A stretch of 36,409 nucleotides of DNA. It comes from a candidate division WOR-3 bacterium. GTDB lineage: Bacteria > Hydrothermota > Tepidihabitantia > B3-TA06. A program made the translations under genes and the position numbers. The notes beneath the pieces are model-generated. The model was not told the DNA's origin and made no database searches. It was given only the letters and a program-made list of their open reading frames with translations. Positions 1 through 10,000 of the stretch are shown in pieces (within the stretch, counting starts at the first letter, position 1; each line of letters begins with the position of its first letter). The stretch lies in NCBI GenBank assembly GCA_014729665.1, contig WJJO01000314.1:1-36409 (forward strand), in the 5' to 3' direction.

Positions 1-476
1 GCCTTAGCGTACGCGTTCGCGACATCCGCAACGACCTGGTTATCCCTGCCGACCACCTCAATTATAAATATCTGCTCGGGCATGAGGAGCTCGAAGGCGC
101 TCATCGAGCTTAATTCCGCGCCGGCTTCACTTCTGGTTTCAACATCGAGCCTATCCATGAGCGAACAGGAATCGATGACGTAATCCTGAATAGTCTTGGA
201 ACGAAGGATATCGGCGTAGGTAAGCATTGCACCCGTGGTCGGGTCGGCTCCGGGTATGCTCAATCCGCTTATCCCCAGCTGGGATTGAATGGAGGATAAT
301 GCCCCCATCAATCCTGTCTCCTGGGCGGTAGGAAGGAGTTTGACTTCGGCTTTGTACATCTTCGGCAGGATGAATGCCAGACCCACTCCCAGTCCCCCGA
401 ACACAGCCAGGGCCACAAGCATCTTCCACCATCTTCTTGCTATGAATACGAAAAGGTCGACTATACTGTACTTCAT
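1..476 (-). CDS. Wzz/GumC-like polysaccharide chain-length determinant protein, N-terminal part (the gene runs off the left edge)
   Basis: Absent from the track because there is no stop inside the window. The minus strand from ATG 476 reads MKYSIVDLFVFIARRWWKMLVALAVFGGLGVGLAFILPKMYKAEVKLLPTAQE... and stays open to position 1. An N-terminal TM helix followed by Y-x-A-x-V-x-L is the Wzz-family layout. The start lies 1 nt after the stop of the export gene. Confidence 0.55.
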   Translation of the reverse strand, partial: MKYSIVDLFVFIARRWWKMLVALAVFGGLGVGLAFILPKMYKAEVKLLPTAQETGLMGALSSIQSQLGISGLSIPGADPTTGAMLTYADILRSKTIQDYVIDSCSLMDRLDVETRSEAGAELSSMSAFELLMPEQIFIIEVVGRDNQVVADVANAYAK

Positions 477-477
477 C

Positions 478-1752
478 CTAATCCCCGAAGGTTAAAATGC
501 TTCCGGCTAGAACGAGTGTGTTCACCGCGAGGCTCACCCAACTGCTCATCGGATACAGCGGCTTGCGTGGTATGAATATTGTCGCTCCCGGTTCCAGGGG
601 AATATCGGGGTGTGCTCTTCTGGTGCGTCCGTCCGGATATAGTACTCGTATTGCCCGTACGTCCGATGTATACTGTAATCCCCCCCGCAGTCCGATGTAT
701 TGATTCAAGGTCAGGTTCTCATCGTAGAAGACCTTACCGGGCTCATCCACCTCCCCGGTAACGTAAACGTAGCGTTCGGCCCAGGAAACGGTGATAATAT
801 CGCCCGTCTTCAATGCGGGATTGTTACCCTGTCCCGAGTTAAGGTAGGTCTGCATGTCGAAATATACCCTCTCCTTACCCCTCTGAATATAACAGTTACC
901 GAGATCCGATTGAGGCAGAAGATCGGCCCTTTTCACAAGGAAATCGCAAGCCCTCTCCCCTGGCTCGAACTCCAGCCAGTGACGGGCATCTATCTGTCCC
1001 GGCAGGGTATCCATCACACTGTTCAGGTTGGCCTGGACGGCGTTTATCGACTGTTTGGCAAAAACAGCCCCCTTGAGCAGGACAAAATTCTCCATCTTGG
1101 GGATATATATAATATCGCCGTCATTTAAGGTTGGATTTGCTTCAAGCTTACCGTCCTCACGGTAGGCACGAAGGTTAACATCCAGGGTATCGCCTGAACG
1201 CCTGATGAGTTTTATACCTGTAATAGAACCCATAGGACCGATACCGCCTGCCTGTTCGATGCCGTCTTCAACCCTTAAAAAGGGAGTAGCCATATAGCTG
1301 CCCGGCCACTGAACCTCTCCCAGCACGTTTATCTTGCACATCCTCGGCCCTAAAAGAACGAAATCTATCTCGACCGGTCGGATGAACTCCTCAAAGGCCT
1401 TGGCCACGGTCTCCCTGGCGCATTTGACCGAAAGGTCTACGATAGGGGCATATCCTACGACCTCCAGATTCACGATGCTGACCTCCCCCATGGTCAAACC
1501 GAACGTAGTCATCCTCCTGGAACTGGGAAGCATGATCATCAACTGGCCGGTAGGTGTGATTTGGGTGGGATAACTGTAGGAGTAACGTCCCCTCACAAGA
1601 ACCAGTATTGTGTCGCCTGCGTTCAGGATATAATCCTCAATCGCAACAGGCATCTCCGGTACGGCACCCAGTTCAGCGGTCATCTCCCGACCCTCAGTAT
1701 CGGGTGGAAGCTGAGCTAACCCCGAAAGGAACCACAGTAATATCAAACTCAT
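478..1752 (-). CDS. Polysaccharide export protein (Wza/KpsD-like, Poly_export plus SLBB repeats)
   Basis: 424 aa with a signal peptide (MSLILLWFLSGLAQ) and a Poly_export-like DYILNAGDTILVLV motif. Repeated SLBB-type motifs are present: NDGDIIYIP, KTGDIITVS, EPGATIFIP. Confidence 0.7.
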   Translation of the reverse strand: MSLILLWFLSGLAQLPPDTEGREMTAELGAVPEMPVAIEDYILNAGDTILVLVRGRYSYSYPTQITPTGQLMIMLPSSRRMTTFGLTMGEVSIVNLEVVGYAPIVDLSVKCARETVAKAFEEFIRPVEIDFVLLGPRMCKINVLGEVQWPGSYMATPFLRVEDGIEQAGGIGPMGSITGIKLIRRSGDTLDVNLRAYREDGKLEANPTLNDGDIIYIPKMENFVLLKGAVFAKQSINAVQANLNSVMDTLPGQIDARHWLEFEPGERACDFLVKRADLLPQSDLGNCYIQRGKERVYFDMQTYLNSGQGNNPALKTGDIITVSWAERYVYVTGEVDEPGKVFYDENLTLNQYIGLRGGLQYTSDVRAIRVLYPDGRTRRAHPDIPLEPGATIFIPRKPLYPMSSWVSLAVNTLVLAGSILTFGD

Positions 1753-1758
1753 AGATCG

Positions 1759-1786
1759 ATTATACCCAATTCTTTATCCCGGTCAA
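1759..1786 (-). promoter_or_regulatory. Sigma70-type promoter, leaderless class (export gene)
   Basis: TTGACC-16 nt-TATAAT, then 6 nt (cgatct) to ATG 1752. No SD. Confidence 0.5.
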
Positions 1787-1867
1787 TGGTTGAATAAAAT
1801 ACAGGTTGAATCATCTCACGCATAAATGGATAATCATCATGCAGGCAAATGCCTGTCAGGATAGTTT

Positions 1868-2344
1868 TTAAGAAAAGCGTTTCTTTAAGATTTCCTCCAC
1901 CGCCGGGGGTGCAAGTTCTGCAACATCACCTCCCAGTCGGGCTATCTCCTTGACCAGCGAGCTGGATATAAAGATGTAATCCTTGGCAGGCATCAGAAAT
2001 ATGGTTTCGATTTCAGGTGCTAGTTTTCGATTTGTCAGCGCCATCTGAAGTTCATAGTCGAAATCGGAGATTGCCCGAAGACCTCGTATAAGAAAGGATG
2101 CATTCCTTTCGGTAGCAAAATCTGTTATCAGACCGGTACAATCCTCCACCCTAATCTTCGGTTCCCCTGACACGACCTTTTTAATCAACTCGACACGTTC
2201 GGCAGTAGTAAACAGAGGTGCTTTTTCCCGTCTCTCGGCAACGGCTATAATCAACAAATCGCTTAGTGCAAGCGCCCTGGATATTACGTCCAGGTGACCG
2301 TTGGTTATTGGATCGAACGTTCCAGGATATATGGCAACTCTCAA
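1868..2344 (-). CDS. coaD: Phosphopantetheine adenylyltransferase
   Basis: 158 aa. [21 protein letters not shown] carries the nucleotidyltransferase HxGH signature, and length and collinearity are typical of CoaD. Confidence 0.95.
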   Translation of the reverse strand: MRVAIYPGTFDPITNGHLDVISRALALSDLLIIAVAERREKAPLFTTAERVELIKKVVSGEPKIRVEDCTGLITDFATERNASFLIRGLRAISDFDYELQMALTNRKLAPEIETIFLMPAKDYIFISSSLVKEIARLGGDVAELAPPAVEEILKKRFS

Positions 2345-2901
2345 TTATATTCCCCTTTCATTTTTTTTCGCAGAAACGAAACCCTCGTTTCTCCGTAATC
2401 TCTTGTTTTATTTCTGATCATGGATGAAGGTATGTCCAATCTCTCGTCTGCGGCATGTTCGATAACGATTATCGTTTCATTCCCGATATACCGACAGTCA
2501 TCCAAAAGAAGCAGGGTCTGCGACGCCAGCCCGGATCGATACGGGGGGTCGCAGAAAACGTATGTCGGGGAAAACTCAAATCGCTTAAGGTATATCAGCG
2601 CGTCGGTATTCACAACTTCTGTCCGGTCCTCAACACCCAGAAGCTTGATATTTTCAGAAAGCATGCGGCAGGCCTTTACGTTCTTTTCCACGAAAACAAC
2701 CTTTTCAGCACCTCGTGAAATGGCCTCGAGCCCCAGTGCACCCGAGGCTGCAAAAAGATCGAGTACCCCGGCTCCCTCGATGCCGTCCGCCAGGATGGAG
2801 AACAAGGCCTCCTTTACGACATCCATGGTAGGACGGAAGCCACCGCCCTTCGGGTACTTCAATCGCCGACCTCCGAGGCGACCTGCGGTTATCCTGGGCA
2901 A
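2341..2901 (-). CDS. rsmD: 16S rRNA (guanine966-N2)-methyltransferase RsmD
   Basis: 186 aa with a SAM motif ([14 protein letters not shown]) and the DPPY motif (FCDPPY). It overlaps coaD by 4 nt, the conserved rsmD-coaD pairing. Confidence 0.85.
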   Translation of the reverse strand: MPRITAGRLGGRRLKYPKGGGFRPTMDVVKEALFSILADGIEGAGVLDLFAASGALGLEAISRGAEKVVFVEKNVKACRMLSENIKLLGVEDRTEVVNTDALIYLKRFEFSPTYVFCDPPYRSGLASQTLLLLDDCRYIGNETIIVIEHAADERLDIPSSMIRNKTRDYGETRVSFLRKKMKGEYN

Positions 2902-3362
2902 ATCCGCCCCACTGGTTTCATCCTCTTCAACTCGACTCCAGCCTGACGTAACATCTCTTCCCCTAACTTGTCCGCGTAGGATTCAATATAAAACACCCTG
3001 CATATTCCCGCATTGATGAGAAGCTTGGTGCAAGTTACGCAAGGTTGTACCGTACTGTAACATATGCCGCCCTCAAGCGATATCCCGAATCTTGCGGCCT
3101 GAACCAGGGCGTTTTGTTCGGCATGTATACCCCTGCATATCTCCACCCTTTCGCCTGAAGGAATACCCATCTTCTCCCTTAGACATCCTATCTCTGTGCA
3201 GTGGGGTAACCCTTTGGGTGCACCGTTATAACCGGTTGCAAGGATGTGTTTATCCCTTACTATCACCGCACCTACCTTCCGTCTGATGCACGTGGAACGC
3301 TCGGCAACCAAAACCGCAATCCTCATGAAGTACTCATCCCAGGGAAGACGACCTGTATTCAT
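2889..3362 (-). CDS. dCMP deaminase (ComEB-like cytidine/deoxycytidylate deaminase)
   Basis: Zinc motifs HAEQNA and PCVTCTKLL, and an N-terminus [18 protein letters not shown] typical of dCMP deaminases. I moved the start from the track's 3413 to ATG 3362 ([13 protein letters not shown]), which removes a 35-nt overlap; 3413 remains possible. Confidence 0.85.
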   Translation of the reverse strand: MNTGRLPWDEYFMRIAVLVAERSTCIRRKVGAVIVRDKHILATGYNGAPKGLPHCTEIGCLREKMGIPSGERVEICRGIHAEQNALVQAARFGISLEGGICYSTVQPCVTCTKLLINAGICRVFYIESYADKLGEEMLRQAGVELKRMKPVGRICPG

Positions 3363-3378
3363 AAAAAAACAGTTTCTT

Positions 3379-4341
3379 TCAGGTAAAATCCGCCGGTATA
3401 ATAGCCGCGGCAACTACCTCGTCGGCATCCGAAAGGGAAATCAACCTCACCCCGAAACTTGTCCGTTTCTGGAGCGATATACGTTTGGTGTTAAGCCGAA
3501 TACTCATCCCATGTCTGGTAAAGATTACGGCGTTATCCTTACCCCTGACCGATCTTACCGATACCACGTCTCCGACCCTATCACTCGTGGATATTATAAG
3601 TATCCCGCGCGATCCACGTTTGGTAAAGCACCGTAATTCAGAAGGATCGAGCCTTTTCCCGAAGCCCTTGCTTGTCAGGAAAAAGAATGTATGATCGGGC
3701 ATTGCCGTTGCCATTGCAGCAAGCCTGTCTCTTCGGTGAAGTCCCAGTCCTCTAACCCCTGTGGCATTGCGTCCGGTCGGTCTGGTCTGGCTTATGTCAA
3801 AACGAATGGCATGACCGCTCAGAGAAAACAGGGCAATGTCGGATTCGTCCTCGATTGTAATGACGTCCTTCAGTTCATCGTCTTCCTTCAGTCCTATTAC
3901 AACCACGCCCGAGTCCCTAATCTTCTTATAGAATATGATAGGTGACCTTTTACAGATCCCCTTTTCGGTCGCCAGGCCGATGTATATCTTCTTTTTTAGG
4001 TCGCTTAAGGGTAGAAGATGAGTAATACGTTCATTGCGCGCAAGATCGATGAGTTTATAGATGGATTCGCCCTTGCCTACTAACGAACCCTCCGGCAGGT
4101 CATCTACCATAAGATGGTATGCCTTACCCACGTTAGAAAAAAGGATAAGATGACCGGTTATGGGTGCGGCCGCGGCATTCTCCACTATATCCAGATCACC
4201 CAGGGTTATGGCCTTGCGCCCGACACCGCCTCTACCCTGGGTGGTGAATAAAGATTCCGGCATGCGCTTTATATAACCGTATCTGGTCAGGATTATTATC
4301 TGATAATCCCCACTCTTCCCTTTAGTCGGTTCTTTATTCAT
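3379..4341 (-). CDS. Free-standing GyrA C-terminal-domain (beta-pinwheel) paralogue
   Basis: 320 aa, collinear over its whole length with residues about 495-809 of the adjacent GyrA. Compare [23 protein letters not shown] with [34 protein letters not shown] with [11 protein letters not shown], and [11 protein letters not shown] with [12 protein letters not shown] estimate 35-40% identity by eye. It has its own ATG and no N-terminal breakage-reunion domain. Confidence 0.8.
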   Translation of the reverse strand: MNKEPTKGKSGDYQIIILTRYGYIKRMPESLFTTQGRGGVGRKAITLGDLDIVENAAAAPITGHLILFSNVGKAYHLMVDDLPEGSLVGKGESIYKLIDLARNERITHLLPLSDLKKKIYIGLATEKGICKRSPIIFYKKIRDSGVVVIGLKEDDELKDVITIEDESDIALFSLSGHAIRFDISQTRPTGRNATGVRGLGLHRRDRLAAMATAMPDHTFFFLTSKGFGKRLDPSELRCFTKRGSRGILIISTSDRVGDVVSVRSVRGKDNAVIFTRHGMSIRLNTKRISLQKRTSFGVRLISLSDADEVVAAAIIPADFT

Positions 4342-4394
4342 AATGTTCCTTTACCTTTCTTAAACGTGCCTTATCTTTTGACACGGTTTTTTTA

Positions 4395-6824
4395 CTATCC
4401 AGCGGATCCAGGTATGATGGCCAGCTGTGCCGCTTCATCGTTCTCTCTTATAGATATAAGGCTGACGCCGAGGCTTGCCCTCTTTTGCAGCTTAACCTGT
4501 TTGCTGGAGATGCGGATACCCGTTCCAAGTTTAGTTATTATAATAGCCTGGCCCTCATCTTGAATCGCCTTAGCGGAAATGAGGGAACCTGACTTTTCGT
4601 TTACGGCAATTGCCCGCACACCTTTCCCTCCACGATTAGTGAAGCTTCTGAGTTCTTCAAAGGCCATCCTTTTTCCGTAGCCGTTGCGCGTCACGAAAAG
4701 GAGGGAGTGGCCTTCTTTCACCCGAACCGCGGTTACCAGCCGATCGTCCTCATTTAGTTTGATGCCCCTGACCCCCGCCGCAGTACGCCCCATGGGTCGA
4801 AGCTGGCTGGTGGAAAACCTGATACCTTGTCCCTGAGCCGAGAACAGGCATATATCCGTATCGGCATCGATAAGCAGTACGCCCTGTAGACGATCCCCAT
4901 CCTTCAAACCGATGGCCGTAATCCCCGATCGTCTTGTATTTTCCAAAAGATTGACAGGCATTCGTTTAATCGTTCCCTGCTCGGTAGCGAATATCACGTG
5001 AGTGCTTTCTGTAAAATCCTTCACCTTCAGGAGTTGGGTGATGAACTCCCCCTCGGAAAGATTGAAAAGCTGGGATATAGGTCTGCCTTTGGCGTTCAAC
5101 GATCCCTCGGGTATCTCGTAGGCCTTCAACAGATAAGCCCTGCCAAGGTTGGAGAAAAATAGTACCGAATCGTGGGTCGAGCCGGTAAGTAGTGTCGAAA
5201 CCATGTCCTGCTTGCCGAGATCGATGGTCCCCCTTCCGGTGCCTCCCCGGCTCTGTTTACGGTAAACCGATACCGGGGTGCGTTTTATGTAGCCTCGAAG
5301 TGTAAGCGTAATCGCTACGTCCTCCTCCGAGATTAAATCCTCAAGGGTTATCTCTTCAGGTTTCTCCGCACGGATCTCGGTCCGTCTCATGTCGCCGAAC
5401 CGCTTCTTCAACTCCTTGATCTCCTTTCCGATCACACCCATCACCCCTGCCCTGGATGCAAGGATGGTTCTCAAACGCTCTATCTCTTGTATCAGTTTGC
5501 GGTACTCCTCCTCGATCTTGTCACGCTCGAGTGCGGTGAGTCTCGCAAGCCGCATATCCAGGATAGCCTGGGATTGAACCTCCGACAACTTGAATTTGCT
5601 CATCAGCCGATCCTTCGCAGTCTTAGTATCCGGTGATTGCTTAATAATCTGAACGACCTCGTCGATGTTATCGAGGGCTATCTTCAATCCCTCGAGTATG
5701 TGGGCCCGTTCTTCGGCCTTTCTCAGCTCGAACTCGGTGCGGCGGCGTACGCTCTGGTAGCGGAACTCCAGGAACTCGGTCAGAAGCCTCTTTAACGAAA
5801 AGACCTTTGGTGCAAGGTTGGAGATGGTCAGAAGGATTATTGAGTAGGTCGATTGCAGGGGGGTGTGCTGATACAACCGGTTCAGTACGACCTCACGGTT
5901 CGTCCCACGCTTGAGTTCCAGCACCACCCTGATGCCCTCACGGTCGGACTCGTCGCGCAGGTCTGAGATATCCGAAAGCTTCTTCGTCTTTACCAGTTTG
6001 ATAATCCTCTCGACAAGTAAAGCCTTATTGAGTTGATAGGGTATCTCGGTGATAACGATAGCCTGCCGGCCCGGTCTGGGTTCCTCGAATCGAACCTTGC
6101 CCCTGACCGTTACCTTACCCCTGCCTGTCCGGTAGGCCTCGCGGATTCCATCCCTGCCGAGGATGAGACCCCCCGTGGGGAAATCCGGCCCCTCTACGAT
6201 ATCTGCAATCTCATCATCGGTTGCATCGGGATTATCGATCAGTGCGATGAGTGCGTCGGAAATCTCGGTAAAGTTATGCGGCGGGATTGAGGTTGCCATC
6301 CCAACGGCGATCCCCGAAGCGCCGTTTACTAAAAGATTCGGAAAGGCGGCGGGAAGTACCTCCGGTTCCTGTCTGGAGCCGTCGAAGTTGGGTATGAAAT
6401 CCACGGTTTCTGAATCCAATTCTGCAAGCGAAGATACGGCAAGGGGCTTGAGTTTGCACTCGGTATAGCGGTAGGCCGCGGGAGGGTCGCCGTCGATGGA
6501 ACCGAAGTTTCCCTGCCCGTCGACCAGCGGGTAGCGGAGACTAAACTCCTGGGTCATTCGAGCAAGGGCGTCGTATACGGCCTGGTCACCGTGGGGGTGG
6601 TATTTACCCAACACGTCGCCTACTACGGTCGCGCACTTTCGATATGCCTTTCCGGGATCTAATCCAAGGTCATTCATGGAATAAAGGATGCGGCGTTGAA
6701 CCGGCTTAAGTCCGTCCCGGATATCGGGAAGGGCGCGGCTTACTATCACGCTCATAGCGTAATCCAGGAACGAGGAGCGTATCTCGTCCTCTACATAAAC
6801 CTGATTAATGCGGGATTCGTTCAT
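4395..6824 (-). CDS. gyrA: DNA gyrase subunit A (full length, with its own C-terminal domain)
   Basis: 809 aa with [19 protein letters not shown], the active-site [10 protein letters not shown] (catalytic Tyr), and a complete CTD carrying the GyrA-box-like QSRGGTG. Confidence 0.97.
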   Translation of the reverse strand: MNESRINQVYVEDEIRSSFLDYAMSVIVSRALPDIRDGLKPVQRRILYSMNDLGLDPGKAYRKCATVVGDVLGKYHPHGDQAVYDALARMTQEFSLRYPLVDGQGNFGSIDGDPPAAYRYTECKLKPLAVSSLAELDSETVDFIPNFDGSRQEPEVLPAAFPNLLVNGASGIAVGMATSIPPHNFTEISDALIALIDNPDATDDEIADIVEGPDFPTGGLILGRDGIREAYRTGRGKVTVRGKVRFEEPRPGRQAIVITEIPYQLNKALLVERIIKLVKTKKLSDISDLRDESDREGIRVVLELKRGTNREVVLNRLYQHTPLQSTYSIILLTISNLAPKVFSLKRLLTEFLEFRYQSVRRRTEFELRKAEERAHILEGLKIALDNIDEVVQIIKQSPDTKTAKDRLMSKFKLSEVQSQAILDMRLARLTALERDKIEEEYRKLIQEIERLRTILASRAGVMGVIGKEIKELKKRFGDMRRTEIRAEKPEEITLEDLISEEDVAITLTLRGYIKRTPVSVYRKQSRGGTGRGTIDLGKQDMVSTLLTGSTHDSVLFFSNLGRAYLLKAYEIPEGSLNAKGRPISQLFNLSEGEFITQLLKVKDFTESTHVIFATEQGTIKRMPVNLLENTRRSGITAIGLKDGDRLQGVLLIDADTDICLFSAQGQGIRFSTSQLRPMGRTAAGVRGIKLNEDDRLVTAVRVKEGHSLLFVTRNGYGKRMAFEELRSFTNRGGKGVRAIAVNEKSGSLISAKAIQDEGQAIIITKLGTGIRISSKQVKLQKRASLGVSLISIRENDEAAQLAIIPGSAG

Positions 6825-6830
6825 AGGTTA

Positions 6831-6858
6831 ATTCTACTCCGGCTTCAGGGAAAGTCAA
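6831..6858 (-). promoter_or_regulatory. Sigma70-type promoter, leaderless class (gyrA operon)
   Basis: TTGACT-16 nt-TAGAAT, then 6 nt (taacct) to ATG 6824. No SD. Confidence 0.5.
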
Positions 6859-6980
6859 ACGTTTAAGCCCAGATTAGCATAAAAAATCGCCTGAATAGAA
6901 TTTCCTGCAGTCATTTTTACAGTATCCAATCGGCAGTCAGTTACTAAAGCCATTCCTCTATCAATACGAACGCTGCCCTA

Positions 6981-7024
6981 AGACTCCCTGCGGGAGTCTT
7001 TAAGCAGTTTCTTCCAGAAACTGC
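6981..7024 (-). terminator. Two adjacent perfect hairpins downstream of the TPR-CHAT gene (candidate terminator, no U-tract)
   Basis: aagactccc-tgc-gggagtctt (9-bp stem, 6981-7001) and cagtttc-ttcca-gaaactg (7-bp stem, 7006-7024) begin 21 nt after the stop at 7045. No T-run follows on the minus strand. Confidence 0.3.
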
Positions 7025-7044
7025 ACGGAGTTGCATTTCAGACT

Positions 7045-10000
7045 TCATCTCCATTCACCTATCAAGATAAAGGGCGCCCAAAAGAAGGGGTGGGCGTATT
7101 CGCTGTGTATTAGCTGATACTGGGCCTTGCGTAAAGCCTCGGACTTGGGGTTATCCTTCAGCTCCTCGTAGAAGGTTATCATGAACTCCTTTGTGGACTC
7201 ATCCGCCACTGACCATAATGTCGCGACTATTGCAGGCGGTCCCTCCATCGCTAAAGAGAACGCCTTGGCCATACTAACAAACTCCAGCCCCGGCTGTTCG
7301 CCCCCTAAGGCTGTCTGGCATGCCGAAAGCGTTACCAACTGCATCTTATCCCAGGACTGCCCCCAAACCTCCTCCACTGTCCAATGTCCGTCAGTAGAAT
7401 CTGTACTAGCAAGGTGAATGTAGGAATCCAATGGATTATCCGACTTTAATACACAGTGTGTGGCAAGGTGCAGAGCCTGCACGTCAGGGGATACCTTGAT
7501 AACCTGGGGTTCTGTGGCACTGTTGCCGATATATGTCTTAGACTTCCTGTATGTTCCTCCAATAGAGGTTACCTCGGCCTCGGCAGATGGGAGGGGAGGG
7601 TCTATACCTTTAGGATTACCAACCAACGCAAGTGACTTAAGCTTCTTCTGTTTTCCCTGTTTCCGGAATATGCATTCTAAAAGCTCGGTGGAAGTCAGAA
7701 GGTTCCAGTTGTAACGCTCTGTAAGGAATAAGTTGTCGTCGTCCATGAGTGCGCCCCAGGGCAGGTAGTAGAGTTCCCCTGATGGTATGAACGTAACTAT
7801 CTCTGCCTCCTCGAGCTCTTCCTCCAGGGGCTGTATCAAGAGTGAATACAGGGTTGTTAATACCTCCTTGAAAGGTGCTATCTCCTCTGCGTAGAGTTCG
7901 CTGTCGTCATCCTCCCATGTCCAGCCGCGCATCTTGCCGCTGCGCAGTAGTCGTAGTAAGTAATCAGGACCGCAGAACTCCCTGCATGTATGAATCAATG
8001 CGGTCACAGAATCCCTGCCTGCATCAACTGAACGCACCTCGTACTCACCACCTGGGGATATCAGGAACAGGTAAAGCTCGTTCTCTCCCGAATAGAACAT
8101 CAGAAGCTTCTGTCCTGCAGGCAGGTCCTTGCTGATTGAACCAAGATCTGTGGGATGCACCTGAACTGTAAAGGCATAGTCAGGATCTGTACGCACTTCA
8201 GCGGCAACCTTCAGGTACTCTGCCTTGGTGTCTGCTAACAGGGTGGACAGGTTCTCTATATTCGTCTGGTTCTGTAAAGAGTCAGCCTTCTGCTGTTCTT
8301 CAATAAGCTGGCTTTCCAGTACGTTGGTTTTGGTTGCCAGTCTCCTGGCTTCTTCAATCTTCTCCTGTATGGTGCCCTGCCCGAAGTCTATGTCGTAGGT
8401 TTCGTCAAGCTCCTTCTTCAGGGAGGCGGACTTGGAGCGTTCCATATACTCGAACGCCTCTTCGTAGCGTTGCATATCGAGAAGGAGAGAGATTATTGAT
8501 TCATAACGGTCGGTTACCGTCTCGGTATAGCTGACACGCAGTTCCTCGGACTTCAACCTGCCTCGGGATTCCTCGAACACCTCTATTGACTTTTTGTAAT
8601 AAACCAGGGCCGAGTCAAGCTCCCCCTGTTCTTGATAAGCCTTGCCAATACTCAGATAACTCGTTGCAATACGAGGATTGTCTTCACCAATAGCTTCCAG
8701 TCGAATATTCAAAGCCCTTTGGAAATGCTTAAGTGCCTTGTCATAAGCACCCATCTCCATATAAACCTGGCCAATGTCTTCAATAAGTGCATCGGTAAGA
8801 CTAACGCTTCCACCGGTTCCATAAGAATAGATCATCCCAGCATACATACCTTGTGTACCAAAGCTCTTAAGACTGATATCCAAGGACTTCTGCAAATACT
8901 CGAGTGCCTTCTGGTAGTTACCTAGCGAGATATGGAAGCCGCCTATGGAATAGTAATCTAAGGCGACCCTAGGATGCTCAGGGCCAAATACCTTCAGGTT
9001 TATATCAAGCTCCTTCTTAGAGTATTCCAAGGCTCTCTCGTTATCATCAAGTTTGCGATAAATTGAGGCAAGCCATCCGTAACTTATAGCAACGCTTGGA
9101 TCCTTTGGTCCTAAAGTCTTGAGTTTAATATCCAGTGTTTTTTTCTCATACTCAAGTGCCTTTTCATAATCCCCTATATCGAAATAGACTATTCCTATCA
9201 TGCCGTAGTCCCACCATTCCATACTTTCGGGTTCCAGATCCTTGAGCTTAATATCCAGCGATTTCTGTAAATACTCATCTCTCTTCTCATGATTACCAAG
9301 TTCCCCGTACATATAACCAAGCACCCTGTAACTTTCCCCTACGTCCGGGTGCTCTGGTCCTAAGGCTTCAATTAAAACCTTTAAGGCCTTATGGTGATAC
9401 TCAAGGGCTTTCTGGTAATCACCCAGATCGTTATAGACCTTACCGATATCTTTATAAACTTCAGCCACATCGGGGTACTCCAATCCTGATGCTTTGGATA
9501 AAGCCTCTAAGGCTTTTTGGTAATAATCCAACGCCTTCTGATATTGGCAAAGGCTTTGGTAGACTTCCGCTATACTTTCGTAACAATCCGCTATACGAGG
9601 GTGTTCTGCGCCAAAAGCTTTAAGAATAATCTCCAACTTCTTTTGATAACTCTTTAGGGCATCTTGATAATTCCTGATACAACCATTAAGTCGACCAATA
9701 TAACCATAACTCAGGGCTACATCTAGATGATCGGAGCCTAACATCTTCAATCGGATTTCCAAAGCCCTTTCATGATTCTCAAGCGCCTTCTGGAATTTAT
9801 TCAGCCGTTCGTAAACCACACCCATCTTGAAATAGCTTTGGGCAACATCAAGATGCTCTGGCCCAAGGCTTTTCAGACGAATGTCAAGGGCTTTCTGTAT
9901 ATATTCGAGGGCGCGCTCGGGGTTACGAAGTTGATGATAGATATTCCCGATGTCGTTATAGATTATGGCCACATCAGGGTGCTCAGGTCCGAGGGATTTG

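Noticed and set aside
151-432. A track ORF of 93 aa on the minus strand at the left edge.
   Set aside because: It is in the wrong frame. A different minus-strand frame is open from ATG 476 to position 1 and gives a Wzz-like N-terminus with a TM helix. The 93-aa product is Gly/Arg/Pro-rich shadow sequence.
1838-1856. A small hairpin (caggc-aaat-gcctg) just after the coaD stop, as a possible terminator.
   Set aside because: The stem is only 5 bp and no U-tract follows. The next promoter (1759..1786) already explains independent expression of the export gene.
3379-4341. The GyrA-CTD ORF read as a pseudogene fragment or an assembly duplication of the gyrA 3' end.
   Set aside because: The ORF is intact over 320 codons, starts at the exact domain boundary with its own ATG, and keeps conserved blade motifs and a GyrA-box-like motif. 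It is far too diverged from the gyrA CTD to be a collapsed or duplicated assembly repeat.
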